Assembly (NCBI GenBank): GCA_963745075.1
Contig: CAVUWV010000031.1
Coordinates: 1 to 64,000, forward strand
Direction of reading: 5' to 3'
Source: Candidatus Hydrogenedentota bacterium
GTDB lineage: Bacteria > Hydrogenedentota > Hydrogenedentia > Hydrogenedentales > SLHB01
DNA length: 64,000 nt
The notes beneath the pieces are model-generated. The model was not told the origin of the DNA. It did not search any database and saw nothing but the letters and a program-made list of their open reading frames with translations. The position numbers and the translations under genes were made by a program. How positions within the stretch are numbered: position 1 is the first letter of the stretch; each line of letters starts with the position of its first letter. Positions 1-10,211 of this stretch are shown piece by piece.

Positions 1-2
1 CT

Positions 3-779
3 ATCATCGCGGGACAAGGCACGCTCGGTCTCGAAATCGTCGAACAAGTACCGGACCTCGACGCGGTGCTTGTGCCGGTCGGCGGCGGAGGCCTTATCGC
101 GGGTGTCGCGTTCGCGGTGAAGACGCTACGGCCGGACGTGGCCGTCATTGGCGTGGAAGGGGATCATGCCGCGCGCTTTTCGGCCGCGCTGGAGGCCGGT
201 CATCCCGTTGACGTGGAGGTGCGCCCGACGCTGGCGGACGGTCTCGCCGTGCGACGGGCCGGGTACAACGCCTTCGATCTCGCCCGCCAATACGTGGACA
301 AGGTCGTGACGGTGGACGAGCGATCCATTGCCCGCGCCGTTCTGCGCCTCGTGGAACTGGAAAAGAGCGTGGTGGAAGGCGCGGGTGCGGTCGGACTCGC
401 CGCGCTCATGTCCGGCGTGTTGCCGGAACTCAAGGGGAAAAAGGTGGTTCTGCCTTTGACCGGCGGTAACATCGATACCAGCCTGCTGGGCCGTATTATC
501 GAGCGCGGTCTGGCGGCCGATGGTCGCCTGTGCCGTTTCGAGGCCACCATCAGCGACCGGCCCGGGAGTTTGTCGCGGTTCACAGCACTGATTGCCGAGG
601 CCGGTGCTTCCGTCAAAGACATCGCCCACGACCGCGCCTTCGCCGGGGAAGATGTAAACAGTGTTGTGGTGCGGTGCATCGTCGAAACGCGCGACACGAG
701 CCACATTCACGCCCTGCGCGAGCAATTGACCGATGCCGGGTTCACGGCGCGCTTCTGGGACCTGGAAGGCAGCGTGTAG
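3..779 (+). CDS. ilvA: Threonine dehydratase/ammonia-lyase with C-terminal ACT domain (5' partial)
   Basis: Open frame from window edge: IIAGQGTLGLEI, VPVGGGGL, TLADGLAV, VVEGAGA, GGNID, ACT-like DRPGSL. Confidence 0.9.
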   Translation: MIAGQGTLGLEIVEQVPDLDAVLVPVGGGGLIAGVAFAVKTLRPDVAVIGVEGDHAARFSAALEAGHPVDVEVRPTLADGLAVRRAGYNAFDLARQYVDKVVTVDERSIARAVLRLVELEKSVVEGAGAVGLAALMSGVLPELKGKKVVLPLTGGNIDTSLLGRIIERGLAADGRLCRFEATISDRPGSLSRFTALIAEAGASVKDIAHDRAFAGEDVNSVVVRCIVETRDTSHIHALREQLTDAGFTARFWDLEGSV

Positions 780-915
780 GATCGGACCGATCGGACTGAT
801 CAATACACAGAAGTGACCAGCGCTTCGCACAGGTCGAGATGGTCCTTACCGCCTTCTCCTGCTATAGTCTTTCGAGTAGTAACCGGGTGGTTTTCCGCAA
901 CGAGGATTCTTCATC

Positions 916-3829
916 ATGATTCATTCCGCCATTGGATTGTCACTGGTAGCCGGCGCCGTTGTCCTGTCCGCATCCGCGGCCAGTCGCGAATCCGACCGAC
1001 ATCACGGCCAAGTGGATTTGGCGCAAGCAGGATTCCTACACGAAGTACAACGACACCATCGTCGCGCGCAAGACGTTTGAATTGCCGCAAGTCGCATCCG
1101 CGCAGTTGTCCATCACGGCCGATACCCGCTATCGCCTGTTTATCAATGGCGATTGGGTCAACGACGGCCCGTGCCGAAGCTGGCCGGACCACTACCAATA
1201 CGATGTGGTTGACGTTGCCTCCTATCTCAAGCCCGGCGAGAACGAAATCCGAATCATTGCGAAGTATTTCGGCGTGGGCACCTTCCACCAGATCCCGCAA
1301 CAGGCCGGATTGCTGGCACAGCTCGACGCAACCACTACCGACGGCAAGGCGGTTCGCGTAATCACCGATGCCACCTGGGAAGCGGCACAGGCATCCGGTT
1401 GGGTCTCGAACACGGTGAAGCGCTGCATCCAGATGGGACCGTACGAGATCTACGACGCCCGTCTCGAAGACTCGGACGCGTTCGCGCCCGCGGCAGTACT
1501 GTTCGATGCCGAGGCCGGTCCCTGGAAGAACCTGAATCCTCGTGACACCGCGTTATTGACCCACATCCCCTTCCCCTTCGTCTCGTTTCGGCAAGCCAAT
1601 GTCGTGAGCAGCGAGTGGCGGTGCTACGCGTTCCCGACGGCGCGGCTGCTCTATCCCGGTCTCATCGAGGCGAACGGCAAAGTCTCGATGGCCAGCGCGG
1701 TCGCGACGATCCTCGAAGTCGACAAAGCGATGACGCTGCACATCGACGATCCCGGTAGCACGACGACCATCGACGGGCAACAGGGGAAAGACGGGGCTTT
1801 TGAATTGAGCCCCGGCAAGCATTTTCTGTTCGCGGCGGTCAGCAGCTACTTCGGCCATTGGGAGAAGGACACCGAACTGCAGTTCCGGGAAGTCTCGGGG
1901 TACACGCTGAAGAACCCGCTCGACGGAAACGCGCAGGATCCGTGGTGTTGGGTGCCTTTTGAAGACGCGAAGTACGTGAGCAGCGATTACGAATACGACC
2001 TCATGGATGCGAGCGCACGCAACGCCGTGGAATCGAGAATCAAAGGCATCGTCAACGATCATCTGGAACACGTGACGAACGTGCCAACCTTCAAGGACGC
2101 ATTCGGCAGTCAGATCGTGACGCTGTCGACCGCAGACAACGTCATGGACGACGTTGATGCCCGGTTCGGGGAGCGGGAGGTGCTCGGCATCGCAAACGAT
2201 CTCGTGAAGAATCCGGACGGATTGCTGCAACAAGGCGGCGCGGACACGGTTGTGAATCCGAGTCCCGACGGTGACGTCGAACTGGTCTACGATTTGGGCG
2301 AACAGGATGTCGGCTACTGGCGCTTCGACCTCGACGCGGAAGCCGGGTTGATTGTCGACGTCGCGGCGGTCGAGTACATCGCGCCGGACGGACGCGTGCA
2401 ACATACCGGCACGTACCGCAACAGCATGCGCTACATCTGTAAAGAAGGCCGCAACGCGTTCGCATCCATCGACCGGCGATCCGGACGATACCTGTTCATC
2501 ACCTTGCGCAATCAAACAAAGCCGGTTTCAATCCATTACGCCGGGCTGATCGAGTCGACCTATCCCATCCCCCAAGTGGGCAGTTTCACGTGCAACGATT
2601 CCGATTTGAACAACATCTGGGCGATTTCCGAGCGCACGCTCAAACTCTGCATGGAGGACACGTACACGGATTGTCCCCTGTACGAACAGACCTTGTGGGT
2701 CGGCGACGCGCGCAACGAAGCGCTCTTCGCACTGAACACCTTCGGCGCGACGGACATCACGCGGCGCTGCCTTCGCCTGACCGGTGAATCGGTCGGTAAA
2801 TATCCCATCGCGCTGTGCCAGACGCCGTCGTCATGGGGCGTCCTCATTCCGTCCTTCAGTTTTCTCTGGGAAATCAGCTTGTGGGAATACTACGAGTACT
2901 CCGGCGACGCAGCATTCCTGCACGCGATGTGGCCTTATGCGATCCAGAACCTAAAGAACTCGGAGCAGTACGCCGACGAACGCGGTCTGTTCAGCGGACG
3001 CTTCTGGAATTTCTTCGACTGGACGAACCTCGATTCGAACCACGAAACCGTTTTGCACAACAATTTGTTGCTAGTCGGCGCCATTGACGCGGTGCTGAAG
3101 GGCGCCGAAGTGGTCGGCGATACGGAATCGCCGGCGTGGCTCAAGCCCTATCGCGACCGGGTAATCAAGGCCATCGACGTATTGTGGGACGAGCAACGCC
3201 ACGCGTATCCCGACAGCGTTCATGAAGACGGCACCATCAGCCCGACGATTTCCGTGCACACGAGTTTCCTGTCGTACCTCTTCGACATCGTCGGCGACCG
3301 GCACCGCGGCGAAGTCGTTCAGAATCTCGTTGCACCGCCCGCCGACATGGTGCAGGTGGGTACGCCGTTCGCCTGCATGTTCCTGTACCAAGCGCTCGAA
3401 AAGGCGGGCTATCAAGACAAAATCGTCGCCGACATCCGCGAAAAGTACACGCCCATGCTGGAAGCCGGCGCAACCACCGTATGGGAAAGTTTCCCAACCG
3501 GCACGACGGGCAGCGGCGGATTCCCCACGCGCAGCCACTGTCACGCATGGTCGTCCGCGCCCCTGTATTTCCTGAACCGCATCGTGCTCGGGATTCAGCC
3601 CTCGGGTGTTGGCGGGACGACCGTTACCGTCAGCCCGCGGCCGAGCGGCCTGACCTGGGCGAAGGGGGCGACAGCCACCGTCAACGGTCCGGTCAAAGTA
3701 TCGTGGAAACTTGACGGCAAGACGCTCGCGATCAAGGCGAGTGGACCGGATGGAACGGCGCTGCAATTCGCGCCCAACGACGCGCTCGCCGGGTTGAAGG
3801 TGACATTCAACGGCGAATCGGTTTCGTAA
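916..3829 (+). CDS. Secreted GH78 alpha-L-rhamnosidase family protein; one frameshift near 980
   Basis: ITADTRYRLFING, EDTYTDCPLYEQTLWVGD, GATTVWE, SHCHAWS. ATG 916 after GAGGA encodes a signal peptide (MIHSAIGLSLVAGAVVLSASAA) in a different frame from ORF 959..3829. Confidence 0.85.
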
Positions 3830-3881
3830 AGCGTCCACATAATTTGCTTATTGAAAACGACGGCTCGGAGATCGAGGGAAT

Positions 3882-4050
3882 TAAGAACATCCCCCTTGAT
3901 CCACCTTCAAAGGGGGAATTGTTCGCAACGCTTTGCGTTGCGTATGGGACGGACAACGATCTCGCATCGAAACGAGCGACAATATCTACCACCACAAACG
4001 GTGGTATGCACGCTTCCCCCTTTGAAGGGGGATCAAGGGGGATGTTCTTA
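3882..4050. repeat. Family A paired inverted element (~170 bp), copy 1
   Basis: Arms TAAGAACATCCCCCTTGATCCACCTTCAAAGGGGGAA and TTCCCCCTTTGAAGGGGGATCAAGGGGGATGTTCTTA around a ~95 bp core. Confidence 0.9.
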
Positions 4051-4101
4051 GTGCGAAGTGGAACATCTACGCGATAACGAACTAACGTGCAGGAGGCTCT
4101 C

Positions 4102-6030
4102 ATGCAACGTACAGCGTCGCGCATTGTAATGATCCTACTGGCCGTGGGGACAGGTCTTCCCGCAGTTATCGCCGCGCCCGCGGACTACGACGTCGTCATC
4201 GTCGGCGGAACTCCGGGCGGCATCAGCACGGCCATCACCGCCGCGCGCATGGGGCATTCGGCGGTGCTTGTCGAGTACTACAACCATCTCGGCGGCATGA
4301 CGACGAGCGGTCTCGGCAAGTCCGACATCACAACCGCGGGCGCGATCGGTGGGTTGTGGGACGAGTTCGTGGGACGCGTGCTCGCGTACTACACGGAAAC
4401 CTACGGCGCCGATTCGCAACAGGTAAAGGACTGCAAGAAGGGGTATTACTACGAACCTTCCGTCGCCGAGAAGATCCTGAATGAGATGATTGCCGACGAA
4501 ACCGGGATCACGGTACTGCTTCGCCATCAACTGCAAGAGGTCGTCCGCGACCAGCGCAAGGTGACCGCGGTGCGTGTCAAGAACCGCGACACCGGTGAAA
4601 TCCGGGAACTGCGCGGCAAGGTGTTCATTGATGCGACCTACGAAGGCGATCTCGCCGCGTACGCGGGTGCGCAGTATCGGCTGGGCCGGGAAAGCCGGGC
4701 GGAATTCGACGAGCCGCACGCGGGCGTCATCTACATGGATCACACGACGCGCGCTTTGCTGCCCGGCACTACGGGCATCGGCGACGACCGCTTGGTCGCG
4801 TACACCTACCGTCTCTGCTTCAGTTCCGATCCGGAGAATCGCGTCTATCCCGACATGCCGCCGGACTACGATCGCGCGCGTTATCTGAACTATCTTCTTG
4901 ACTTGAAGTTGGAGCGCATCAAATCGACCACGTTGGCCCTGTCTATCGCCGCGATTCCCAATCAGAAATACGATGTGAACATGAAGCCCTGGCCCTTGGG
5001 TTTTCCCTTTGCGGGAGAGAACACGGGGTATCCCGAAGGCACGTGGGAAGAGCGCGAAGCGATCATGAAGAAGGTCCGCAACATCACGCTGGGGCTCGTT
5101 TACTTCCTGCAAAACGACGAAGCCGTGCCGGAAGCAATGCGCGAGGAGGCGCGTCGATACGGTTTCGCAAAGGACGAGTTTACGGACAACGACAACTTTC
5201 CCTATCAGTTCTACGTGCGGGAAGCACGCCGTATCGTCGGCGAGTATACGCTTTCCGAACGGGACCTGACCTTCGCGCCGGAGTCGTTCCGCACGCCCGT
5301 TCACGAAGACGCCGTCAGCGCGGGCGAGTTCCCGATTGATTCCTTCCCCACGCGCAAGTACGAGCCCGGCCATGAGGACGCCTTGGAAGGCTATATCCTC
5401 ATGCTGAGCCGGTTCACCCGTCCCTACCAGATCCCGTACCGCGTCATGGTACCCATCGAAGTCGATGGTCTCCTCGCGCCGGTGCCCGCGTCGGCGACCC
5501 ACATCGCGTTCTCGTCCGTCCGGCTCGAGCCCACCTGGGTGAGCCTGGGTCAAGCCGCGGGCGTGGCCGCCCATCTCGCCATCGAACGCGGGGTCGAACC
5601 GCGCGACGTGTCTGTCGACGAACTGCAGCGCATTCTCGTGAGCCAGAAGCAGGTGTTGACCTACTTCAAGGACGTTCCCAAAGATCACCCCTATTTCGAC
5701 GCCCTCCAATACTTCGGAACGAAGGGGTTCTTCGACGACTACGACGCCCGCCCGGACGATCCCTTCAAATACGACATAACCAGCGACTGGGCGCGGCGCG
5801 TGATCGAACTCGCAGGCGGCGACACAAGCGTTGAACTCCCGGACGAACCCGGTGAATCCTTTTCCAAGAACGACATGGAACGTCTGCTGGCCGTCGTTGC
5901 GGATGCAATCGGTTTGCCGGAAGAGAAGCTCGCGTCCATCACCGTGCCGGAGCCGCACAAGACACCGGCGGTCTCGCGGGCACAGGCGTGCGCCGTCTTC
6001 TATTCATTGCTCGGCGCAACGAGCCAGTAA
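4102..6030 (+). CDS. Secreted FAD-dependent oxidoreductase (FAD_oxidored-type)
   Basis: AGGAGG RBS, signal-like N-terminus, DVVIVGGTPGG, FIDATYEGDL, YVREARR, YQIPYR, SSVRLEP. Confidence 0.85.
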   Translation: MQRTASRIVMILLAVGTGLPAVIAAPADYDVVIVGGTPGGISTAITAARMGHSAVLVEYYNHLGGMTTSGLGKSDITTAGAIGGLWDEFVGRVLAYYTETYGADSQQVKDCKKGYYYEPSVAEKILNEMIADETGITVLLRHQLQEVVRDQRKVTAVRVKNRDTGEIRELRGKVFIDATYEGDLAAYAGAQYRLGRESRAEFDEPHAGVIYMDHTTRALLPGTTGIGDDRLVAYTYRLCFSSDPENRVYPDMPPDYDRARYLNYLLDLKLERIKSTTLALSIAAIPNQKYDVNMKPWPLGFPFAGENTGYPEGTWEEREAIMKKVRNITLGLVYFLQNDEAVPEAMREEARRYGFAKDEFTDNDNFPYQFYVREARRIVGEYTLSERDLTFAPESFRTPVHEDAVSAGEFPIDSFPTRKYEPGHEDALEGYILMLSRFTRPYQIPYRVMVPIEVDGLLAPVPASATHIAFSSVRLEPTWVSLGQAAGVAAHLAIERGVEPRDVSVDELQRILVSQKQVLTYFKDVPKDHPYFDALQYFGTKGFFDDYDARPDDPFKYDITSDWARRVIELAGGDTSVELPDEPGESFSKNDMERLLAVVADAIGLPEEKLASITVPEPHKTPAVSRAQACAVFYSLLGATSQ

Positions 6031-6055
6031 GTAGCTGACAAGCCCAGGCAATCGG

Positions 6056-6211
6056 AAGACCACAGCCGGGGGCGGCTGTGCCACACTCGCTTGCCCGGCA
6101 CGTAGTCTCTAATTCCCTCTTCACCGATTTCGGGCAAACACATTTCATGAAAGCCGCAACCAGAGTCTGCAAAGTTGGACGTGTGGCACAGCCGCCCCCG
6201 GCTGTGGTCTT
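6056..6211. repeat. Family B paired REP-like inverted repeat
   Basis: Perfect 31-bp inverted arms AAGACCACAGCCGGGGGCGGCTGTGCCACAC (6056-6086 / 6181-6211), each a hairpin, 94 bp apart, between convergent genes. Confidence 0.9.
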
Positions 6212-6292
6212 TCGCCATTGCTTGAACTGCTGTTTCGAGAATGAGCGGAGCCCTGCAGATCGGACTCCCCTCGCGCGTCAACTCGACTGCCT

Positions 6293-9200
6293 CTATTTCG
6301 GCAATGAAATGGAAAGGGCTGATTCTTTATTCTGAACAACGTCGACGATGCGATACGTGTACCGCGTGGAAGCGAATTGTTCTTCGTCCGTCGTCGCATT
6401 GGCGTCGTAAACAGCGAAGAGCACCGTGTGCGTTCCAGCGGGCACGTCGTCGATGGTCACGGAGCCGTCTTTCTCGATTTCCGTTTCGTACACGGCGTGA
6501 TCCATAAGCGATGACGCCTTGGACAGCGTCAACTCCTCCGCGTCGACCACATTGGGGACGAGTACCACGCGGCCCTGCTCGCCTGCGCCGATCCCGCTAA
6601 ACGTTACCGCGACCGAGCCCATGTCCAAGTGGATATCGTGCCGGGTGGTCTGCCCGTCGGCCGTGGATACTGTGTAGAAATATTGATACGAATGGGGTCC
6701 GTCGTTTGGCATCGAGGGCTTTAAGTCAAGTACGAGCTCATGGTCGCCCGCCGGCAAACCGGAAAGGCGATAGAATCCCGCTTTATCGGTCATGACTGTT
6801 ACCGACTCCGAGATGGTTTCGTCCCACTGCATGCCTACCGAGAATTGTGCTCGCCGTTTTGGTTCGCCATTCTCGGTCACAACTCCTTCGATCGCGCTCG
6901 TACCCTGTGCAAGCGAAATGTCGAATGTGGAGACACCTTGCGTCGGAACCTCCACCGAACCGTGCAGGTACCGCGTAATCTCCATACCGCGATCGAAGAT
7001 GTGCGTGTTTGCGCTGTAGCGCAACGAGCCGCCGGGGATTCCCGCCACGCGATACACCCCGTCCTCGTTTGATACGGCGGTTGGAAGAACGTTGCCCGTA
7101 TCGTTCGAAAAGGTAACGGAGACCCCCGCGGCTGCGTGGCCCGCGATATACGTCGTGCCCTCGATCGTCGCCGATCCTTCCGGCATCGCTTGAAGGACAA
7201 CGTCATCCACAACGTCGCCGGGTCCGAGCGACACGGTCCTGGAGGCACCACCATAGGTAAACGTGTAATCGTCAGGAGGCAGTCCAACCAGACTGAACCG
7301 GCCATCGCGCGCCCATACTTGGCCTGCGCCGAATGCCCACCGATCGTTTTCCGGTACATCACGCATTGCGGTCGCGTGCGTTGCGTCAACCGCGACCGGC
7401 GCGGACGGTACCAAGGCACCGTCAGGACTCTTCACTATGCCGAAGATGCGTCCCGCCAGATATGCGGTGAGGTCGATACCGCCCAACCCTCCTGCCTTCA
7501 CCGGTACGGGTCCGTATTCGTGCGTGGCCCACTGGCCACTCACCCCAACGAGAACTAGCCTCTCAGTTACCCCTGGCAGCCAGAATTGAAACCGGCCCTG
7601 AGCGTCGGTACAGCCACCGCTGTACTGCGGACTCCGTACTAAGCGTGCCGATCCCTGAGAAATGGTGGATTCGTCCGACTCGTCTAATGAATACGCAACG
7701 ATGTTCACGCCCTGTAGAGGCTGCCCCATCGTGTCGCGTACGACCCCACTTACTGGGTATCGTCGCACGACGAAATAGTCAAGGCCATCGTAGACCTGTC
7801 CTGCACGGACCTTCCCTACCGGCAAGAGACTGCGACCCGTTTCAGTCGCTGGTGGCAGTTGCGTAGGACCACTAAAGCCAATTTGATACTCCCCGTCAGG
7901 CAAGCCGGTTATCCGATACACGCCGTCCACTCCGGTAGGTTTAGAACGTGCATACCAGCCCGGATGTGTATTGGGATGATCCAAATTGATTGACCCGGTG
8001 AAGGCTCGCACGCCGGGAATTGGCGTATGCGTGTCAGCATCAAGCACGCATCCCGTCATAACGACACCTGGCGCCATCTCGATTGTATAGTTCTCCCGGC
8101 TTTTCTCTACCGTAAGAATCGGCTCCCGAACGAAACGCTCTTTGTCCGAAGACCAAAACCAGTACGTACCCTTGGTCAACGACGTGATTGCGTAGCGGCC
8201 AGCAGCGTCCGTCTGGACGCGATATGTGTCGGACCACTCGGTCTCCCGCTGGAGGACCAGTTCGAGTCCCGCGATCGGATCGTCGGTGACTTCGTCAACT
8301 GCGGTACCCGCCAAGGTAAGCGCCGCGGGCAATTTCACATCCGCGGTCGTACCCGTTTCCATGAAATCAGTAGACGTGGCGCCATGACCGTCCGCTTGCA
8401 CAAGAAACTTCCATCGGCCCGCATAAAGCTGATTGAAAGAGAAGGTTCCGTCCGCTCCGGTGACCGCAGCTGCGTCGTCGGGCATGGGTACGTACCGGGA
8501 GTTGATATTCGTCCCCTCATACCGAATGGGACGTACCCGCGCGCCTGCAATCGGATTGCCATTCCCATCCCGAACGGTGCCGTGAAGAGACTGCGTGGAC
8601 CTCATAAACATCGGGATCAGATTGCGGCTCGTGATGGGATACGTGCCGGTGCGAGAATAGCAGTACATCCCAGCGCGAGATATTCTCCATTCCGCAATCA
8701 GCCGATCGCCGGTATCGGGAATCATCCCAAAATCAGCTTGAACATAACCGTTTTCGTCCGTGGAAATCGTCTGCGTTGCCAGGGGCGTTTCCGTTTTCTT
8801 GAGACCGTTCATTCCCCTAGCCTGTTCGAACAACTGGATGTTAACCGGCACGTCCGCCATGGGTTCATTGTCCGCGCCGAACACAATGCCTTGAAGCTCG
8901 ATGTGATAGACAGGCCGTGTGTCAACGCCGGGGTCTCTCTGGACAACTTTGGCGATGTCCGCCGCCAACGTAATCGGGTCATGTGATTGCGACCGTGCAC
9001 TCTGTGAGTCTGATTGCTGTGGAACCGCGATGCGGACCTGGTTCTCAGACTCCGCAGGGTTGATCGCGCGATGCTTCACGACATACACCCCGCCAATGAG
9101 CGCCGCCACGACGAAAACGAAACCCACAACCTTGCTCATGGTGATCCCTCCGGTAAGCGGAATCGCGCCGGGACCAAGGCCTGCTTTTTCCCACGCAGCG

Positions 9201-9805
9201 GGGGAAGCCGCGATCAGCCCCATGATGTGTTGCGTCTTTTCCCGGTCCGGTTGGGCGGGTTCGGCAACTTGTTCAAGGAGGCGGCTGCCCAGCGTTTCAC
9301 GCGCGCGTTGCAGGCGTTTGCGCACCGCGCCGCTGGTGGCGTCCGTGACGGAAGCGATCTCCCGCGACGACTTCCCCGCGAAATAGTGCAAGAGCACGAC
9401 CTCGCGGTCCGGTTCGTTCAGGCGGTCGATTTCCGCGCGGATTAGTTCCCACAGTTCCCGGCGCTCGTGATCGGGCATGACTACCGGCTCCTCGCCGTTG
9501 TGCCGTTCCGCCACCGTCGCGTCGCGCAGCCGCCGTTCCCGGACCCGGCTCGCGCAGTGCCGGGCGATTCCCGCCAACCACGCGCCGAACCGCGCCGGAT
9601 CCCGCAAGGTGTCCAACCGCTGGTACGCGGCGAGCAGGGACTCCTGCGCCACGTCCTCGGCGTCCGTGTGGGTGTGCACCCGCGCGTACGCCACCACGTA
9701 GGCCACCGGGCGATACCGTTCCACCAGCGTGCCGAAGGCGTCCCGCCGTCCGGCCAGCGTCTGGCGAACCAACTGCGCGTCCGATGTCGAAAAAAGACGA
9801 AACAT
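6293..9805 (-). CDS. ECF sigma factor fused to a TM helix and repeated carboxypeptidase-regulatory-like beta-sandwich domains (1170 aa)
   Basis: Sigma region 2 DAEDVAQESLLAAY...FGAWLAGIARH; region 4 REVVLLHYFAGKSSREIA...AVRKRLQRAR; TM VVGFVFVVAALIGGVYVV; repeated GxVxDxxGxPIxGA...TxxDGxY motifs. Confidence 0.85.
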   Translation of the reverse strand: MFRLFSTSDAQLVRQTLAGRRDAFGTLVERYRPVAYVVAYARVHTHTDAEDVAQESLLAAYQRLDTLRDPARFGAWLAGIARHCASRVRERRLRDATVAERHNGEEPVVMPDHERRELWELIRAEIDRLNEPDREVVLLHYFAGKSSREIASVTDATSGAVRKRLQRARETLGSRLLEQVAEPAQPDREKTQHIMGLIAASPAAWEKAGLGPGAIPLTGGITMSKVVGFVFVVAALIGGVYVVKHRAINPAESENQVRIAVPQQSDSQSARSQSHDPITLAADIAKVVQRDPGVDTRPVYHIELQGIVFGADNEPMADVPVNIQLFEQARGMNGLKKTETPLATQTISTDENGYVQADFGMIPDTGDRLIAEWRISRAGMYCYSRTGTYPITSRNLIPMFMRSTQSLHGTVRDGNGNPIAGARVRPIRYEGTNINSRYVPMPDDAAAVTGADGTFSFNQLYAGRWKFLVQADGHGATSTDFMETGTTADVKLPAALTLAGTAVDEVTDDPIAGLELVLQRETEWSDTYRVQTDAAGRYAITSLTKGTYWFWSSDKERFVREPILTVEKSRENYTIEMAPGVVMTGCVLDADTHTPIPGVRAFTGSINLDHPNTHPGWYARSKPTGVDGVYRITGLPDGEYQIGFSGPTQLPPATETGRSLLPVGKVRAGQVYDGLDYFVVRRYPVSGVVRDTMGQPLQGVNIVAYSLDESDESTISQGSARLVRSPQYSGGCTDAQGRFQFWLPGVTERLVLVGVSGQWATHEYGPVPVKAGGLGGIDLTAYLAGRIFGIVKSPDGALVPSAPVAVDATHATAMRDVPENDRWAFGAGQVWARDGRFSLVGLPPDDYTFTYGGASRTVSLGPGDVVDDVVLQAMPEGSATIEGTTYIAGHAAAGVSVTFSNDTGNVLPTAVSNEDGVYRVAGIPGGSLRYSANTHIFDRGMEITRYLHGSVEVPTQGVSTFDISLAQGTSAIEGVVTENGEPKRRAQFSVGMQWDETISESVTVMTDKAGFYRLSGLPAGDHELVLDLKPSMPNDGPHSYQYFYTVSTADGQTTRHDIHLDMGSVAVTFSGIGAGEQGRVVLVPNVVDAEELTLSKASSLMDHAVYETEIEKDGSVTIDDVPAGTHTVLFAVYDANATTDEEQFASTRYTYRIVDVVQNKESALSISLPK

Positions 9806-9972
9806 GGCGATTCCAAATCCTTCGTTCTGCCCATTAGTGCGCCGGGCATGGGAAAGTGTGACATGGAACCTACTACCAGGAAAGTCGCGTCATCGCGCCC
9901 GGAACTAACGCAAAGACGCTAAGTGCAGTTCAACATGATTAAGGGTACATCACGTATGCTCTGGCGCGAGAT

Positions 9973-10134
9973 AACATCCCCCTTGATCCCCCTTCAAAGG
10001 GGGAATTCCGCACAACACTCCGTGTTGTGTTACACGTCAACTATAGACAACATACGGGCTGTGTTTCAATGTGTTTATCTATATAAACAGTTGAGCCCAA
10101 ATTCCCCCTTTGAAGGGGGATCAAGGGGGATGTT
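9973..10134. repeat. Family A element copy 2, inside an outer ATTAAGGGTACAT inverted pair (9938-9950 / 10160-10172)
   Basis: AACATCCCCCTTGATCCCCCTTCAAAGGGGGAATT ... AATTCCCCCTTTGAAGGGGGATCAAGGGGGATGTT. Confidence 0.9.
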
Positions 10135-10211
10135 CTTCGGGTAAGAGCGGCATCTGGGAATGTACCCTTAATTGCGGAGAATTGTACTAAGGCGCGACGA
10201 CGCAAAGAGTC

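Noticed and set aside
4135..5958. Long antisense ORFs (also 52280-53266, 53356-54687, 38041-39132 and others)
   Set aside because: Shadow frames of well-supported genes in high-GC DNA, with no motifs.
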